DNA of 40,303 nt, from the IMG/VR virus record IMGVR_UViG_3300037470_000091, positions 1-40,303 of that record. The stretch is one strand, 5' to 3'. The notes under the pieces were generated by a model that ran no database searches, was not told where the DNA came from, and saw only the letters and a list, made by a program, of their open reading frames with translations. Below, one piece after another: positions 9,477 to 19,005 of this stretch. The translations under genes were made by a program, and so were the position numbers. Source of the DNA: a virus. Taxonomy: Duplodnaviria > Caudoviricetes. Each line of letters starts with the position of its first letter. Within the stretch, counting starts at the first letter, position 1.

Positions 9477-9817
9477 GAACGTTTCGTTACCATCCCAAGC
9501 ACCCTCAAGGGCAGATTTTCGATACCACGGGCGAGACTGCGCCAAAGCCCCCTGTTGGCGGTGGATGGGTCGAGCATCTTTGCGAGTTGCCGAAGATGAC
9601 GAGCGACCAGATCGTGGAAGCCGCTGTGCGCCAGGAGTTGGCACGGCAGGGACCTGACCGTGACAAGCTCGATGACGAGCACCGCAAGAAGTTCGGCGAA
9701 GACCCGCACGGCCTTGCGACGAACGCCGAGGTCGAAAACGTGATGTCTAATCGCTCGCCGGATGGCAAGATCAAGATCGCGCCTCCCAAGCGCGCTAAAT
9801 TCGAGCGTAATTTCTGA
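9473..9817 (+). CDS. Hypothetical protein
   Basis: 114 aa, TTG start overlapping the upstream stop, AGGAGG RBS, abuts the next gene. Confidence 0.65.
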   Translation: MRTFRYHPKHPQGQIFDTTGETAPKPPVGGGWVEHLCELPKMTSDQIVEAAVRQELARQGPDRDKLDDEHRKKFGEDPHGLATNAEVENVMSNRSPDGKIKIAPPKRAKFERNF

Positions 9818-10521
9818 TGGCGACCGCGCTCAGCATGATAACGAGGGCCATGCGCTTGGCGCAGGTTGCGACCAAGGGCGAGGCGCTAGACGACGACGAA
9901 GCGCAAGACGGGCTCACGGCGCTCAATGCCATGCTCGATAGTTGGCAGGTAGACCGGCTATTCGTCTACCAGATTCAGGAGGAGCAATTCACGTGGGCAG
10001 TGAACCAGCAGACGCGCACGGTAGGCGCAGCCGGTGACTTCGTTACTACCATGCCGACGCGGATTTCCGATGACTGCGTATTCCGCGTGAGCAACACCGA
10101 CTATCCGGTTCAGCTTATCAACGTCGATGCCTGGTCTGGAATCGCGGACAAGACGACGACCAACAGTTTCCCGTGGTTCCTGTACGCGGAGTACGGCGCT
10201 GCGTTGGTGACGCTCTACGCCTACCCGATCCCGAATGCATCGCTGACGTTCCTGCTGAAATCCTACAAGCAGCTCCAGTCGTTCTCGTCACTGACCACGG
10301 CGCTTGCACTGCCGCCGGGATACGAGCGCGCTATCACGTACTCGCTTTCAGAGGAGTTCGGGCCGGAGTTCGGCGTTGAAATCCCAATGACGGTGCAGCG
10401 TATCGCCGCCGCAGCGCGACGCATTATCCGACGCCAAAACTCGGTGACGCCGGTTATGGCTAACGAGGCCGGGTATCTCAGCCGCAGAAATAGCGCGAAC
10501 GTCTTTGCAGATATCCCGTGA
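9817..10521 (+). CDS. Head-to-tail adaptor, P22 gp4-like
   Basis: MATALSMITRAMRL..DEAQDGLTALNAMLDSW and LPPGYERAITYSL; precedes the gp10-like gene. Confidence 0.8.
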   Translation: MATALSMITRAMRLAQVATKGEALDDDEAQDGLTALNAMLDSWQVDRLFVYQIQEEQFTWAVNQQTRTVGAAGDFVTTMPTRISDDCVFRVSNTDYPVQLINVDAWSGIADKTTTNSFPWFLYAEYGAALVTLYAYPIPNASLTFLLKSYKQLQSFSSLTTALALPPGYERAITYSLSEEFGPEFGVEIPMTVQRIAAAARRIIRRQNSVTPVMANEAGYLSRRNSANVFADIP

Positions 10522-11960
10522 TGCCAGTGGCCCAACAACCGTCGCGCACAAGGATTGTCCCTCTGTTCGGACTTGGCATCCGCTCGACCGCTCCAGCGGT
10601 CACGGCGCAGCGGCGACTCAACTGCTTCTATGAACTGACGCCGGACGGCGACAAAGTACGCGCTGCGATCTACGGCACGCCGGGCCTGACGCTATTCACG
10701 AGCGATCTTGGCGAGACTGCTACGCGCGGTTGGATCGCCATAGACGACTACGTGTACCTGGTGCACCGAGGCTCGCTGTGGCGTCTCAATAACGCGATGG
10801 TGCTGACGGCGCTCGGCACTCTGAATACCACGACCGGCTATGTGGACATGGCCTACGACGGCGCGGTTATCCTGATCGTGGACGGCACGAACGGCTACAC
10901 ATTCACAGTTGCAAGCAGCACGTTCGCGCAGATTTCCGACAACGATTTCCCGAACGGCGCGAATACCTGCGACTGGATCGACGGCCAATTCATCGTGGAC
11001 GACGGCAACGATAGCGACTCGTTCTACATCTCGGCGAACGGTACGGCGTGGGATGCGCTGGATTTCGCTACCGCAGAATCGCAGCCAGATGGCATCGTGC
11101 GCGTCTTCGCTGATCACGGCGAGCTGCTGCTATTTGGCGAGCAGACCATCGAGCCGTGGGGGAACATCGGCGCATCAGATTTTCCGTTCTCACAAGTCAA
11201 GGGCGGCATTGCAGAAATGGGGCTTGCCGCGCGCTGGAGCCTGTGCAAGTTCAATGACGGCCTCGCATTCCTCGGGCAAAACGTGCAGGGGCAGGCACAG
11301 GTCTATTACCTTCGCGGTTATACGCCGGTCAAGATCAGTTCACCGCAATTCGATGCGGTGATTGCCGGGTATGACGGACTCGAATCATCTACCGGCTTCG
11401 CCTTCATGGATCGCGGGCACCCGATGTATCAGATCAATTTTCCGGGGCCTGAGAAGTCTTGGCGGTTCGATGCGACGACCAATGACTGGTTTGAGGTCGC
11501 CTACGGCGCTGCCGAGGGCAGGCACCGTGCGAACCTGCAGATCGACTATCTCGGGCGCACGCTGGTGGCGGACTATGAGGACGGCAATATCTACATCCTT
11601 GACCCTGACGTATACGAGGACAACGGAGAGGTCATCGCGCGCGAGCTGCGCGGGCGGCACGTCTTCAACACGAGTGACCGGCTGGTGGTGAACGAGTTGT
11701 ACATCGATTTTGAAACCGGCGTTGGGCTGATCGACGGCCAGGGCGAAGACCCGCAGATCATGCTGCAGATCAGCAAGGACAACGGGCACACGTTCGGCAA
11801 CGAGTTGTGGACCACGATAGGCGCAATCGGGGCGTATCTCACGCGCGCGCACTGGCGGCGCTTGGGCGTCGCGTTTGACTACGTGTTTCTTGTGCGCATG
11901 ACTGATCCAGTGAAGTTCGCGCTTACCTTCGCGGCTTTGAAGGCGAGGAGCGTAAATTGA
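10518..11960 (+). CDS. Tail hub / packaged-DNA stabilization protein, P22 gp10-like
   Basis: 480 aa; QRRLNCFYE, YGTPGL, FATAESQPDGIV, PQIMLQISKDNGHTFGNE, GAIGAYLTRAHWRRLG. Confidence 0.88.
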   Translation: MMPVAQQPSRTRIVPLFGLGIRSTAPAVTAQRRLNCFYELTPDGDKVRAAIYGTPGLTLFTSDLGETATRGWIAIDDYVYLVHRGSLWRLNNAMVLTALGTLNTTTGYVDMAYDGAVILIVDGTNGYTFTVASSTFAQISDNDFPNGANTCDWIDGQFIVDDGNDSDSFYISANGTAWDALDFATAESQPDGIVRVFADHGELLLFGEQTIEPWGNIGASDFPFSQVKGGIAEMGLAARWSLCKFNDGLAFLGQNVQGQAQVYYLRGYTPVKISSPQFDAVIAGYDGLESSTGFAFMDRGHPMYQINFPGPEKSWRFDATTNDWFEVAYGAAEGRHRANLQIDYLGRTLVADYEDGNIYILDPDVYEDNGEVIARELRGRHVFNTSDRLVVNELYIDFETGVGLIDGQGEDPQIMLQISKDNGHTFGNELWTTIGAIGAYLTRAHWRRLGVAFDYVFLVRMTDPVKFALTFAALKARSVN

Positions 11961-12424
11961 CCGCGCTAGCTAAGGTGCTGGAATCGCCTACCTTGACCGA
12001 CAAGGTGCTCACCGCCGAGCGCATGATGCGCGAGATGCCGCAGGTGCAGTTGAGGACTAATCACTACTTCGCAGACGGCATCTACGCGCGCGAGGTATTC
12101 AGGCCAGCCGGTACAGTGATCGTTGGCAAGGTGCATCGGAAAGAGCACCTGTATATTGTCACGCAGGGCCGCGTGCGCGTCGTCATGGATGACGATATGA
12201 AGGAATACGCCGCGCCCGCCGTGATCGTATCGAAGCCCGGAACCAAGCGAGCCGTCTACGCTATCGAGGATTCTACGTGCATGACGGTGCATCGGTCGAA
12301 GAAACGCAATCTAGACAAGCTGGAGCGAGAGTTGGTCGAGGAGGATAAACTCTCGCTGTTCGATTCTGGAAATAACATCAAGCCATTGCGCTTGAACGTC
12401 TCTTGTGACGGAAAGGTAGGATAA
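11957..12424 (+). CDS. Cupin-fold protein
   Basis: HYFADGIYARE..PAGTVIVGKVHRKEHLYIVTQG..SKPGTKRAVYAIEDS (HxxxH cupin pattern); TTG start with GAGGAG RBS. Confidence 0.7.
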   Translation: MTALAKVLESPTLTDKVLTAERMMREMPQVQLRTNHYFADGIYAREVFRPAGTVIVGKVHRKEHLYIVTQGRVRVVMDDDMKEYAAPAVIVSKPGTKRAVYAIEDSTCMTVHRSKKRNLDKLERELVEEDKLSLFDSGNNIKPLRLNVSCDGKVG

Positions 12425-12428
12425 CTCT

Positions 12429-13118
12429 ACGTCCTGGGTAGCCGTAGCCGTAGGTGGTGCTGCTCTTGTAGGTGGCATGCTCGGCAGCAGTGCGTCTAAG
12501 AAAGCCGCGAAGGAACAAACGGCAGCATCGCAGGCCGCGATAGGAGAGCAACGCCGCCAGTTCGATACCACGCGGCAAGACATGATGCCGTGGATGGAGG
12601 CCGGGCAGGCGGGGCTCGGGCGCATGCGCGATCTCCTCGGGCTGGGGACATCGACGCTCACGCCAGAGCAAGTCATGGAGCAGTCGCCGGGCTATCAATT
12701 CAGGCTCGGCCAGGGCGAGCAGGCCATCGACCGTGCCGCAGGCGCGCAGGGCATGCGCCGCAGCGGCGCTACACTGAAGGCGCTTACCCGCTTCGGGCAG
12801 GACTACGCCTCCAATGAGTTCGGCAACATCTACAACCGGCTGGCTGGCATCTCAGGCACCGGACAGCAAACCGGTGGGCAGCTCGGCCAATTCGGGATGC
12901 AGAGCGCGGGGAACATCGGCAACCTGATGACTGGCGCTGCGAACGCTCGCGGTGCGGCTGGCATCGCTGGGGCGAACGCTTGGCAGAACGCGCTCAATAC
13001 CGGGGTCAACGCCTACGGGCAACAAAGCTTTATGAATCGGCTGTTTCCGCAGGGCGGTGGTACAGGCGGCATGTCATCGACGCCGTATTACGGCAGCTAT
13101 GGCGGGGGGAACGTCTGA
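12429..13118 (+). CDS. DNA ejection protein, P22 gp7-like; probable ACG start (first ATG at 12477)
   Basis: Gly/Gln/Ala-rich; SPGYQFRLGQGEQAIDRAAGAQGMRRSGATLKALTRFGQDYASNEF. The frame extends upstream to (T)SWVAVAVGGAALVGG. Confidence 0.78.
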   Translation, partial: TSWVAVAVGGAALVGGMLGSSASKKAAKEQTAASQAAIGEQRRQFDTTRQDMMPWMEAGQAGLGRMRDLLGLGTSTLTPEQVMEQSPGYQFRLGQGEQAIDRAAGAQGMRRSGATLKALTRFGQDYASNEFGNIYNRLAGISGTGQQTGGQLGQFGMQSAGNIGNLMTGAANARGAAGIAGANAWQNALNTGVNAYGQQSFMNRLFPQGGGTGGMSSTPYYGSYGGGNV

Positions 13119-14392
13119 TGCCCATCGATGCATCCATCTACTCCCAACTCGGCCGCACCACGCCGCTTGAAGGCCCGCTCGATCAGTTTGGCCGCGCCAT
13201 GCAGGTCAAGAACCTCATGGGCCAGAGCCAGCTTCAAGGGCTACAGATCGGGCAAGCGCAGCAAGGCATTGAGGAGCAGCAAAAACTGCGCGCTCTCTTT
13301 GGGGGCGGTGGCACGCCGACTACGCAGCAAGTGATGGCGGTATCGCCTACCTCCGGCATTCAGTACCAGAAGTCTCAGGCCGAGCAGCAAAAGGCGCAAT
13401 CGAACTTGCTCAAGCAGGATAGCGATCTCATCAAGTCGTTCGGCGAGCAGGCGAAGAACGAGCTTATTACCGTCACCGATCAGCCCTCATGGGACAAGTA
13501 TCGCGCCCTGCAGCGGCAACGCGCATCGCTGCTCTCGACGCCGCAGTTCCAGCAAGTCGCACTTGAGGCCCTGCAAAAAGACCCGGAGATATTCGACCCT
13601 GCATTCCTGCAAGCGAAGCTCGCCGCAGGTACTACTGCGCCTGCCGGGCATACGCGTATGCCGGGGGGTGGGCTGTCGCCGGTTGATCCTCAGTACGTTG
13701 CTGGGCGCACTGCGATTGCCAAGGCTGGTGCGCCGCAACTCACGGTGCCCATCGACATGCGGGCGCAGAGCAAGTTCGCCGATACGGTCGGCACGAAGAC
13801 AGCAGAGCGCGTGATTGGGCAGCACGATGCGGCGGAAGCGGCGGTGGAGAATCTGCAAAAACTCGATCTGACGCTGAAGCAGATCACAGAATCCGACGCG
13901 ATTACCGGGATGGGAGCGGAGATATTCAAGAATCTAGAACGCTTCAAGCAGCTCGTTCTGCAGGACAAGGCGAGCGGCAAAAAGGTAAGCGATACCGAAC
14001 TACTTGATGCGCTCATGGGTTCTGACGTGTTCCCGATGATCAAGGCGCTCGGCATTGGGGCTCGCGGTATGGATACGCCTGCGGAGCGGGAATTCCTGCG
14101 CAGCGTCATGACGGGCGTTACGCCGATGAACAAGCAAACGCTTATCCGCATGACGGAGATTCGCCGCGATGTTGCAGTGCGCGCCATTGAGAAATGGAAC
14201 AAGAAGGTCGATAGCGGCGAACTGGATAACTACTTCAAGGCGTCTGGGATTCCGAAAGGAAAGATTGAGATGCCTAGTGCAGGAACAGCGCCAGCGCAGG
14301 ACACACGCCCACAACTCGGCCATAGAGAAGATGGCTACATCTACAAAGGCGGTGACCCGGCGCAGAAATCGTCATGGGAGAAGGCGCGCTGA
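13118..14392 (+). CDS. DNA ejection protein, gp20-like position
   Basis: ATG overlaps the upstream TGA; MPIDASIY N-terminus; Gln-rich and helical; C-terminal GYIYKGGDPAQKSSWEK. Confidence 0.68.
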   Translation: MPIDASIYSQLGRTTPLEGPLDQFGRAMQVKNLMGQSQLQGLQIGQAQQGIEEQQKLRALFGGGGTPTTQQVMAVSPTSGIQYQKSQAEQQKAQSNLLKQDSDLIKSFGEQAKNELITVTDQPSWDKYRALQRQRASLLSTPQFQQVALEALQKDPEIFDPAFLQAKLAAGTTAPAGHTRMPGGGLSPVDPQYVAGRTAIAKAGAPQLTVPIDMRAQSKFADTVGTKTAERVIGQHDAAEAAVENLQKLDLTLKQITESDAITGMGAEIFKNLERFKQLVLQDKASGKKVSDTELLDALMGSDVFPMIKALGIGARGMDTPAEREFLRSVMTGVTPMNKQTLIRMTEIRRDVAVRAIEKWNKKVDSGELDNYFKASGIPKGKIEMPSAGTAPAQDTRPQLGHREDGYIYKGGDPAQKSSWEKAR

Positions 14393-16026
14393 TGGCTGGC
14401 CCTTGGGAACGCTATCAGGCAGCACATGCGCCGCAATCGGGGCCGTGGCTGAAGTACACGGAGCGCCCTGTCGCGCCCACTACTGAGCAGGCCCCAGATC
14501 CGACCGGATCTTTCGGCGAGAATCTATTGGCCGGTGCTGGCAAGGCGTTTTCCGATATTGGCCTCGGCCTAGAGCAGATCAACGCTTCTACTGGCGTCCC
14601 GCAACAGGGACAAGTAGCGCCATCGTGGGGTGAAACGCAACAGAACATGGCCGCAGAGCAGCAAAGGCTTTCCCTTGAGGCCGCTGAGCGCACGCGCCTC
14701 GACAAGCCGCTGATGCGCACCGGAGGTGGGATCACGGGGAATATCGCTGGCAATATAGCCGCCACGTTGCCAGCAGCAGGCATTCCAGGTGCGGCGACCT
14801 ACGGGGGCGCAGCAGCTACTGGTGGCGCGCTTGGATTGGTGCAGCCAACTAGAGACAGGGAATCTCGTATCCTCAATACTGGCCTCGGGGTTGGCGCTGG
14901 CGTAGCCGGTAAATACGTAGGCGACAAGATCATCGGCGCTGTGCAGGCTAAACGCGCTGCCGGTGCGGTAGAAAAAGCCGCGAGTCAATCCAAGGATGCA
15001 ACATTGGCCGCTTCGCGCGAGGCAGGGTACGTTGTTCCACCTACGCAAGCCAATCCGAAATCGGCGTGGAATCAGATTCTCGAAGGCTTCTCCGGCAAGA
15101 TCAAGACCGGGCAGGCGGCAAGCGTCAGAAATCAAACGGTGACAAACAAACTCGCCAAGGAAGCAGTTGGCTTGGCGGACGACGCGCCATTGACGAAAGA
15201 GGGTCTGAAGGCTATTCGTGCCACTGCTGGCGAGGAATACGCGAATGTCGCATCGTTCGGAAGATACGCTGCTGATTCCACATTCAAGAAACAGATTACG
15301 GCTCTATCAAGCGCGCAGCGCACGCTGGCAAAGGAAATCCCTGAACTGGGCCATAAGGACGTGCTGGATATTGCCAAGAGCCTTGATCGGTCGGACTTCG
15401 ACGGAAACACGGTAGTCGAATTAACCAAGGCGTTGCGCGAGCGCGCGGGGCAAGCGTTCAAGGAAGGCGCTACCGATGCGGGGCGTTTCTACCGCGGCGC
15501 GTCCGATGCGCTTGAGGACTTGATCGAGCGCAACATGATGAGCGCGAACAAGGGTGGCTTGGAAGCCTTCCGCGCAGCGCGCCAGATGATAGCCAAAACG
15601 TACACCATTGAGGCCGCGCTGAACGAATCAACCGGGAACGTGGTAGGTGCCAAACTAGCGGCGCAACTCACGAAGGGCAAACCTCTATCCGGCGGATTGA
15701 AGACCGCCGCAGGATTCGCGCAAGCCTTTCCGAAGGCCGCGCAGGACGTGGAGAAAAGCGGTGCTGCCCTCGCTACTAGCCCACTGGATTGGGGCGCTAT
15801 GGGAACGATTAGCGCGCTGACAGGAAATCCCTATGTCATGGCTGGCGTTGCTGCGAGGCCTGCGGCAAGGTCGCTTATCCTGTCGCAGCCGTACCAATCT
15901 CTGATGACGCAGCCTGGATACGGCCCTGGGATGACCGTGCGCGCTATATCTGATTTGCTGGCGAAAGAACCAGTGCGCGCCGCTCTTCCTGGTGCTGCTG
16001 CTATCGGGTCAATTTATGCGAAATAA
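14392..16026 (+). CDS. DNA ejection protein, gp16-like position
   Basis: TGATG coupling; N-terminal GPWERY/GPWLKY repeats; Gly/Ala-rich hydrophobic stretches. Confidence 0.68.
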   Translation: MAGPWERYQAAHAPQSGPWLKYTERPVAPTTEQAPDPTGSFGENLLAGAGKAFSDIGLGLEQINASTGVPQQGQVAPSWGETQQNMAAEQQRLSLEAAERTRLDKPLMRTGGGITGNIAGNIAATLPAAGIPGAATYGGAAATGGALGLVQPTRDRESRILNTGLGVGAGVAGKYVGDKIIGAVQAKRAAGAVEKAASQSKDATLAASREAGYVVPPTQANPKSAWNQILEGFSGKIKTGQAASVRNQTVTNKLAKEAVGLADDAPLTKEGLKAIRATAGEEYANVASFGRYAADSTFKKQITALSSAQRTLAKEIPELGHKDVLDIAKSLDRSDFDGNTVVELTKALRERAGQAFKEGATDAGRFYRGASDALEDLIERNMMSANKGGLEAFRAARQMIAKTYTIEAALNESTGNVVGAKLAAQLTKGKPLSGGLKTAAGFAQAFPKAAQDVEKSGAALATSPLDWGAMGTISALTGNPYVMAGVAARPAARSLILSQPYQSLMTQPGYGPGMTVRAISDLLAKEPVRAALPGAAAIGSIYAK

Positions 16027-16152
16027 CAGCGTGCGCTTTAGCCAGCCATCTGGCACCCATCGTTTGATGGCGTACACGACCGGAGCGAAGACGATGGCTA
16101 TCAGGATCAGCAGGACTAGCGGCCTGAGAAGTAAAGCAATCGCCATCGACAT
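16009..16152 (-). CDS. Small membrane protein, 47 aa, antisense to the late operon, not in the ORF track
   Basis: MSMAIALLLRPLVLLILIAIVFAPVVYAIKRWVPDGWLKRTLLFRIN*; fills the gap between the two flanking + strand genes; one TM helix plus a basic tail. Confidence 0.6.
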   Translation of the reverse strand: MSMAIALLLRPLVLLILIAIVFAPVVYAIKRWVPDGWLKRTLLFRIN

Positions 16153-16180
16153 GGTGCTGGACACGCACTAGGAGCATAAC

Positions 16181-17623
16181 ATGCCTTCCGTCAATTTATC
16201 GCCTATTGGAAACTCGCAGGTTGTCGATAGCGCAGGCGACCCCGCTACCGGCTGGAAGTGGAACACATATCTTGCTGGCACTTCTACGCCACAAGCCACC
16301 TACACTACCGCTGATGGGGATGTCGCACAAAGTAACCCTGTCGTCATCAATTCCCTGGGGCTCCCTACTACTGGCATCATATTTTTGGTTGAGAACATTG
16401 CCTATAAGCTTGTTCTTACCGACGCAGATGATGTAGTTCAAAAAACTTACGATGACATTACGGGCGTTGCAATTGTCTCTGCGGCATCGTTCACGGAATG
16501 GATTTCGTACACCGCGTCCCCGACCTACATCAGCGCAACGTCGTTCAGCGTGGCTGGCGATCAACGCTCAATCTTCAACGTAGGGCGCAGGCTCAAGACA
16601 ACGAACACTGCTGGCACGATCTACAGCACCATTTCCGCTGTCGCCTACACGTCGCTTACGACTATAACTGTCGTCAACGATTCCGGCACGCTCGATTCCG
16701 GCCTGTCATCGGTGATCTACGGAATCATATCGTCCGAAAACGGCTCGCTTCCGATCCGCCGCGATGTCATTCCCGCGTTTGCAGACGTAACAGACCCGAC
16801 GAAGTGGCTACGCGTTGATGTGGCGAATGTGCCTGCGGCTACGGTTGTCGTGCAGTCAACCGGCGCAGGCGGCATCTTGCCAGCTGGTATCGGGCCTCTG
16901 CCTTACGCTGGCTCCAGTATCCCGTCAGGCTGGCTGGAATGCGATGGCTCCGAAGTGTCGCGCACCACTTATGCGGCCCTCTACACGGCGATTGCCGATA
17001 CGTGGGGCGACGGCGACGGCGCAACGACATTCAACCTGCCAGACATGCGCGGTAAGACCATCATTGGCGATGGCACTGGCACAACCACGGAAGATGTCAC
17101 CGCTTCAAGCGGCGACGGCTTCACTGTGGCATCGAATAACACGAAGTGGATCACCGGGATGGCGATTGTGCTGTCCGACCTGACCGGATTCACCACGTCC
17201 GCTACGGCTGGCCCGACGTATTACATTTATCGCGCATCGGCTACGAATGTCCGCTTGTGCAGCACCTTGGCGATTGCCCAGAACGCGACTACCGGATCAA
17301 TGGAAACGATCAGCGGAACTGGTACTGCAACGCTGACGCACACCTATACCGCGCGCACGCTAGGCGAGTACGGCGGCGAGCAAGGCCACGCGCAAAGCAG
17401 CACGGAAGCCCTAGCTCATCTTCATGCTGCGGGTACGCTCGCCGGGAGCTTTACTACTTGGACAGATGGTGGTGGTGGAGAAGGGAGACCCGGAGAGACT
17501 GCTGGCTCTGCATCGAGTTCTCATGGTGTAACTATTACAGGAAGCACCGCCAGCACCGGCGGCAACGCAGCCGCGAACATCATGCAGCCATTCGCGGTGG
17601 CGAAGTACATCATCAGCTACTAG
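16181..17623 (+). CDS. Tail fibre protein with tail-collar domain
   Basis: N-terminal virion-attachment-like segment TYLAGTSTPQATYT..NPVVINSLG; collar motif PYAGSSIPSGWLECDGSEVSRTTYAALY..GDGATTFNLPDMRG; C-terminal NIMQPFAVAKYII. Confidence 0.85.
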   Translation: MPSVNLSPIGNSQVVDSAGDPATGWKWNTYLAGTSTPQATYTTADGDVAQSNPVVINSLGLPTTGIIFLVENIAYKLVLTDADDVVQKTYDDITGVAIVSAASFTEWISYTASPTYISATSFSVAGDQRSIFNVGRRLKTTNTAGTIYSTISAVAYTSLTTITVVNDSGTLDSGLSSVIYGIISSENGSLPIRRDVIPAFADVTDPTKWLRVDVANVPAATVVVQSTGAGGILPAGIGPLPYAGSSIPSGWLECDGSEVSRTTYAALYTAIADTWGDGDGATTFNLPDMRGKTIIGDGTGTTTEDVTASSGDGFTVASNNTKWITGMAIVLSDLTGFTTSATAGPTYYIYRASATNVRLCSTLAIAQNATTGSMETISGTGTATLTHTYTARTLGEYGGEQGHAQSSTEALAHLHAAGTLAGSFTTWTDGGGGEGRPGETAGSASSSHGVTITGSTASTGGNAAANIMQPFAVAKYIISY

Positions 17624-17633
17624 GACACCGCCC

Positions 17634-17921
17634 ATGTCACTAGAAAAGGAACGCCGCAAATACGTCTCCCTCGGCAACCTGCTGACCATCCTCGCAATGG
17701 CCGGAGCGATTGCTGGAACTTATGCGCAGTCCTCGGCCGAGCAGGCCAAGCAGAAAGAGCGCGTGGACAATCTTTCGTCTACCATTTCAGAGGTCAAGAA
17801 GGACGGCAAGGACACAAACCATAAGGTCGAGCTGATCCTGCGCAAGCTCGATGCGATGGAGGCCGTGGACTTCGACCGCAGGCGCAGGGAAACTGTGAGG
17901 GATGCTCGCCGTGACCGATAG
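17634..17921 (+). CDS. Membrane-anchored coiled-coil protein in the lysis cassette
   Basis: VSLGNLLTILAMAGAIAGTYA TM segment followed by a coiled coil; precedes the endolysin. Confidence 0.6.
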   Translation: MSLEKERRKYVSLGNLLTILAMAGAIAGTYAQSSAEQAKQKERVDNLSSTISEVKKDGKDTNHKVELILRKLDAMEAVDFDRRRRETVRDARRDR

Positions 17922-18300
17922 ACTCTCCGCCAATTTCACGCGCGCCGAGCTGGCCTGCCGCTGCGGCTGCGGTGGCATCCCGCCCGCCGACTTCATCGAG
18001 GCCCTGCAGCAACTACGCGAAGCCTACGGCAAGCCCATGCCAATCAATTCCGGCTATCGCTGCCCGGATTACAATGCCAAGGTGTCGTCCACGGGGCGCA
18101 CCGGGCCGCATACGAAGGGCGCGGTGGACGTTGGGCTGAGCGGGAAAGAGGCCCTTGAACTGCTCAGGCGCGCTTACTGGCTAGGCTGGACCGGCATCGG
18201 GGTCAAGCAGCACGGGCCGTACGGCGGGCGCTTCCTGCACCTTGACCGCTTACCACAGGCCGAGGGACAGCCACGGCCGCACATTTGGTCATATCCCTAG
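17902..18300 (+). CDS. Endolysin, peptidase M15 family (Zn D-Ala-D-Ala peptidase fold)
   Basis: LSANFTRAELACRCGCG, INSGYRCPDYNAKV, HTKGAVD, FLHLD. Confidence 0.88.
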   Translation: MLAVTDRLSANFTRAELACRCGCGGIPPADFIEALQQLREAYGKPMPINSGYRCPDYNAKVSSTGRTGPHTKGAVDVGLSGKEALELLRRAYWLGWTGIGVKQHGPYGGRFLHLDRLPQAEGQPRPHIWSYP

Positions 18301-18309
18301 GAGATCGCT

Positions 18310-18741
18310 ATGGCCGGATTTGACCCTGTAAGCGCAGTCTTGGGCATTGGGGGCAAGCTGATCGACCGCCTGTGGCCAGATCCGGCCCAGCGCGATGCTG
18401 CCAAGGTAAAACTCATGGAGATGCAGCAAACCGGGGAACTGGCCCAGTTAGCATCTGAAACTGAGTTAGCCAAGGCCCAGATCGCCGTCAATCAGGTGGA
18501 GGCCGCTAGCCCTCGCCTGTGGGTCTCAGGATGGCGCCCTTACGTCGGATGGGTAGGTGGCACAGGGCTCGCCTATGCGGCGATCCTGGAGCCTCTGGCG
18601 CGGTTCGTGGCTACCTTGGCGGGCTATACCGGAGCTTTCCCGGTGCTGGACACCACGATCACCATGCAAATCCTATTTGCCCTGCTAGGCGTAGGGGCTT
18701 TGCGGACTAGAGAGAAGGAAAAGGGCGTAGCTTCCAAGTAA
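18310..18741 (+). CDS. Holin, GTA 3TM-holin-like
   Basis: GGKLIDRLWPDP, QIAVNQVEA, WVSGWRPYVGWVGG, LLGVGALRTREKEKGV. Confidence 0.82.
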   Translation: MAGFDPVSAVLGIGGKLIDRLWPDPAQRDAAKVKLMEMQQTGELAQLASETELAKAQIAVNQVEAASPRLWVSGWRPYVGWVGGTGLAYAAILEPLARFVATLAGYTGAFPVLDTTITMQILFALLGVGALRTREKEKGVASK

Positions 18742-18743
18742 GA

Positions 18744-19004
18744 ATGCCTATCAACACGCCCCCCATCCAGCAGTCTCTCCCGGTAACGCCCACCGGGGCC
18801 GCGTGGCCCAAGGCGTGGGCGAACTGGATGTCTCAGGCGTGGGCGATCCTCGCCGCCGTAGAGCAGTCCGGGGTCACGGCGAACAGGCCGACGACGAATA
18901 CGTGGGTCGGGCGCACGTTCTTTGACACCACTCTAGGCTTGCCGATCTGGTACGACGGCAACGTAGTCACCGGCTGGATCGACGCAGCGGGGAACCAAGT
19001 GTAA
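18744..19004 (+). CDS. Small virion protein, tail plug/needle-like (putative)
   Basis: PP..WPKAWANW N-terminus plus SGVTANRPT..VGRTFFDTTLGLPIWYDG..WIDAAG, a module seen at fibre ends. Confidence 0.55.
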   Translation: MPINTPPIQQSLPVTPTGAAWPKAWANWMSQAWAILAAVEQSGVTANRPTTNTWVGRTFFDTTLGLPIWYDGNVVTGWIDAAGNQV

Positions 19005-19005
19005 T

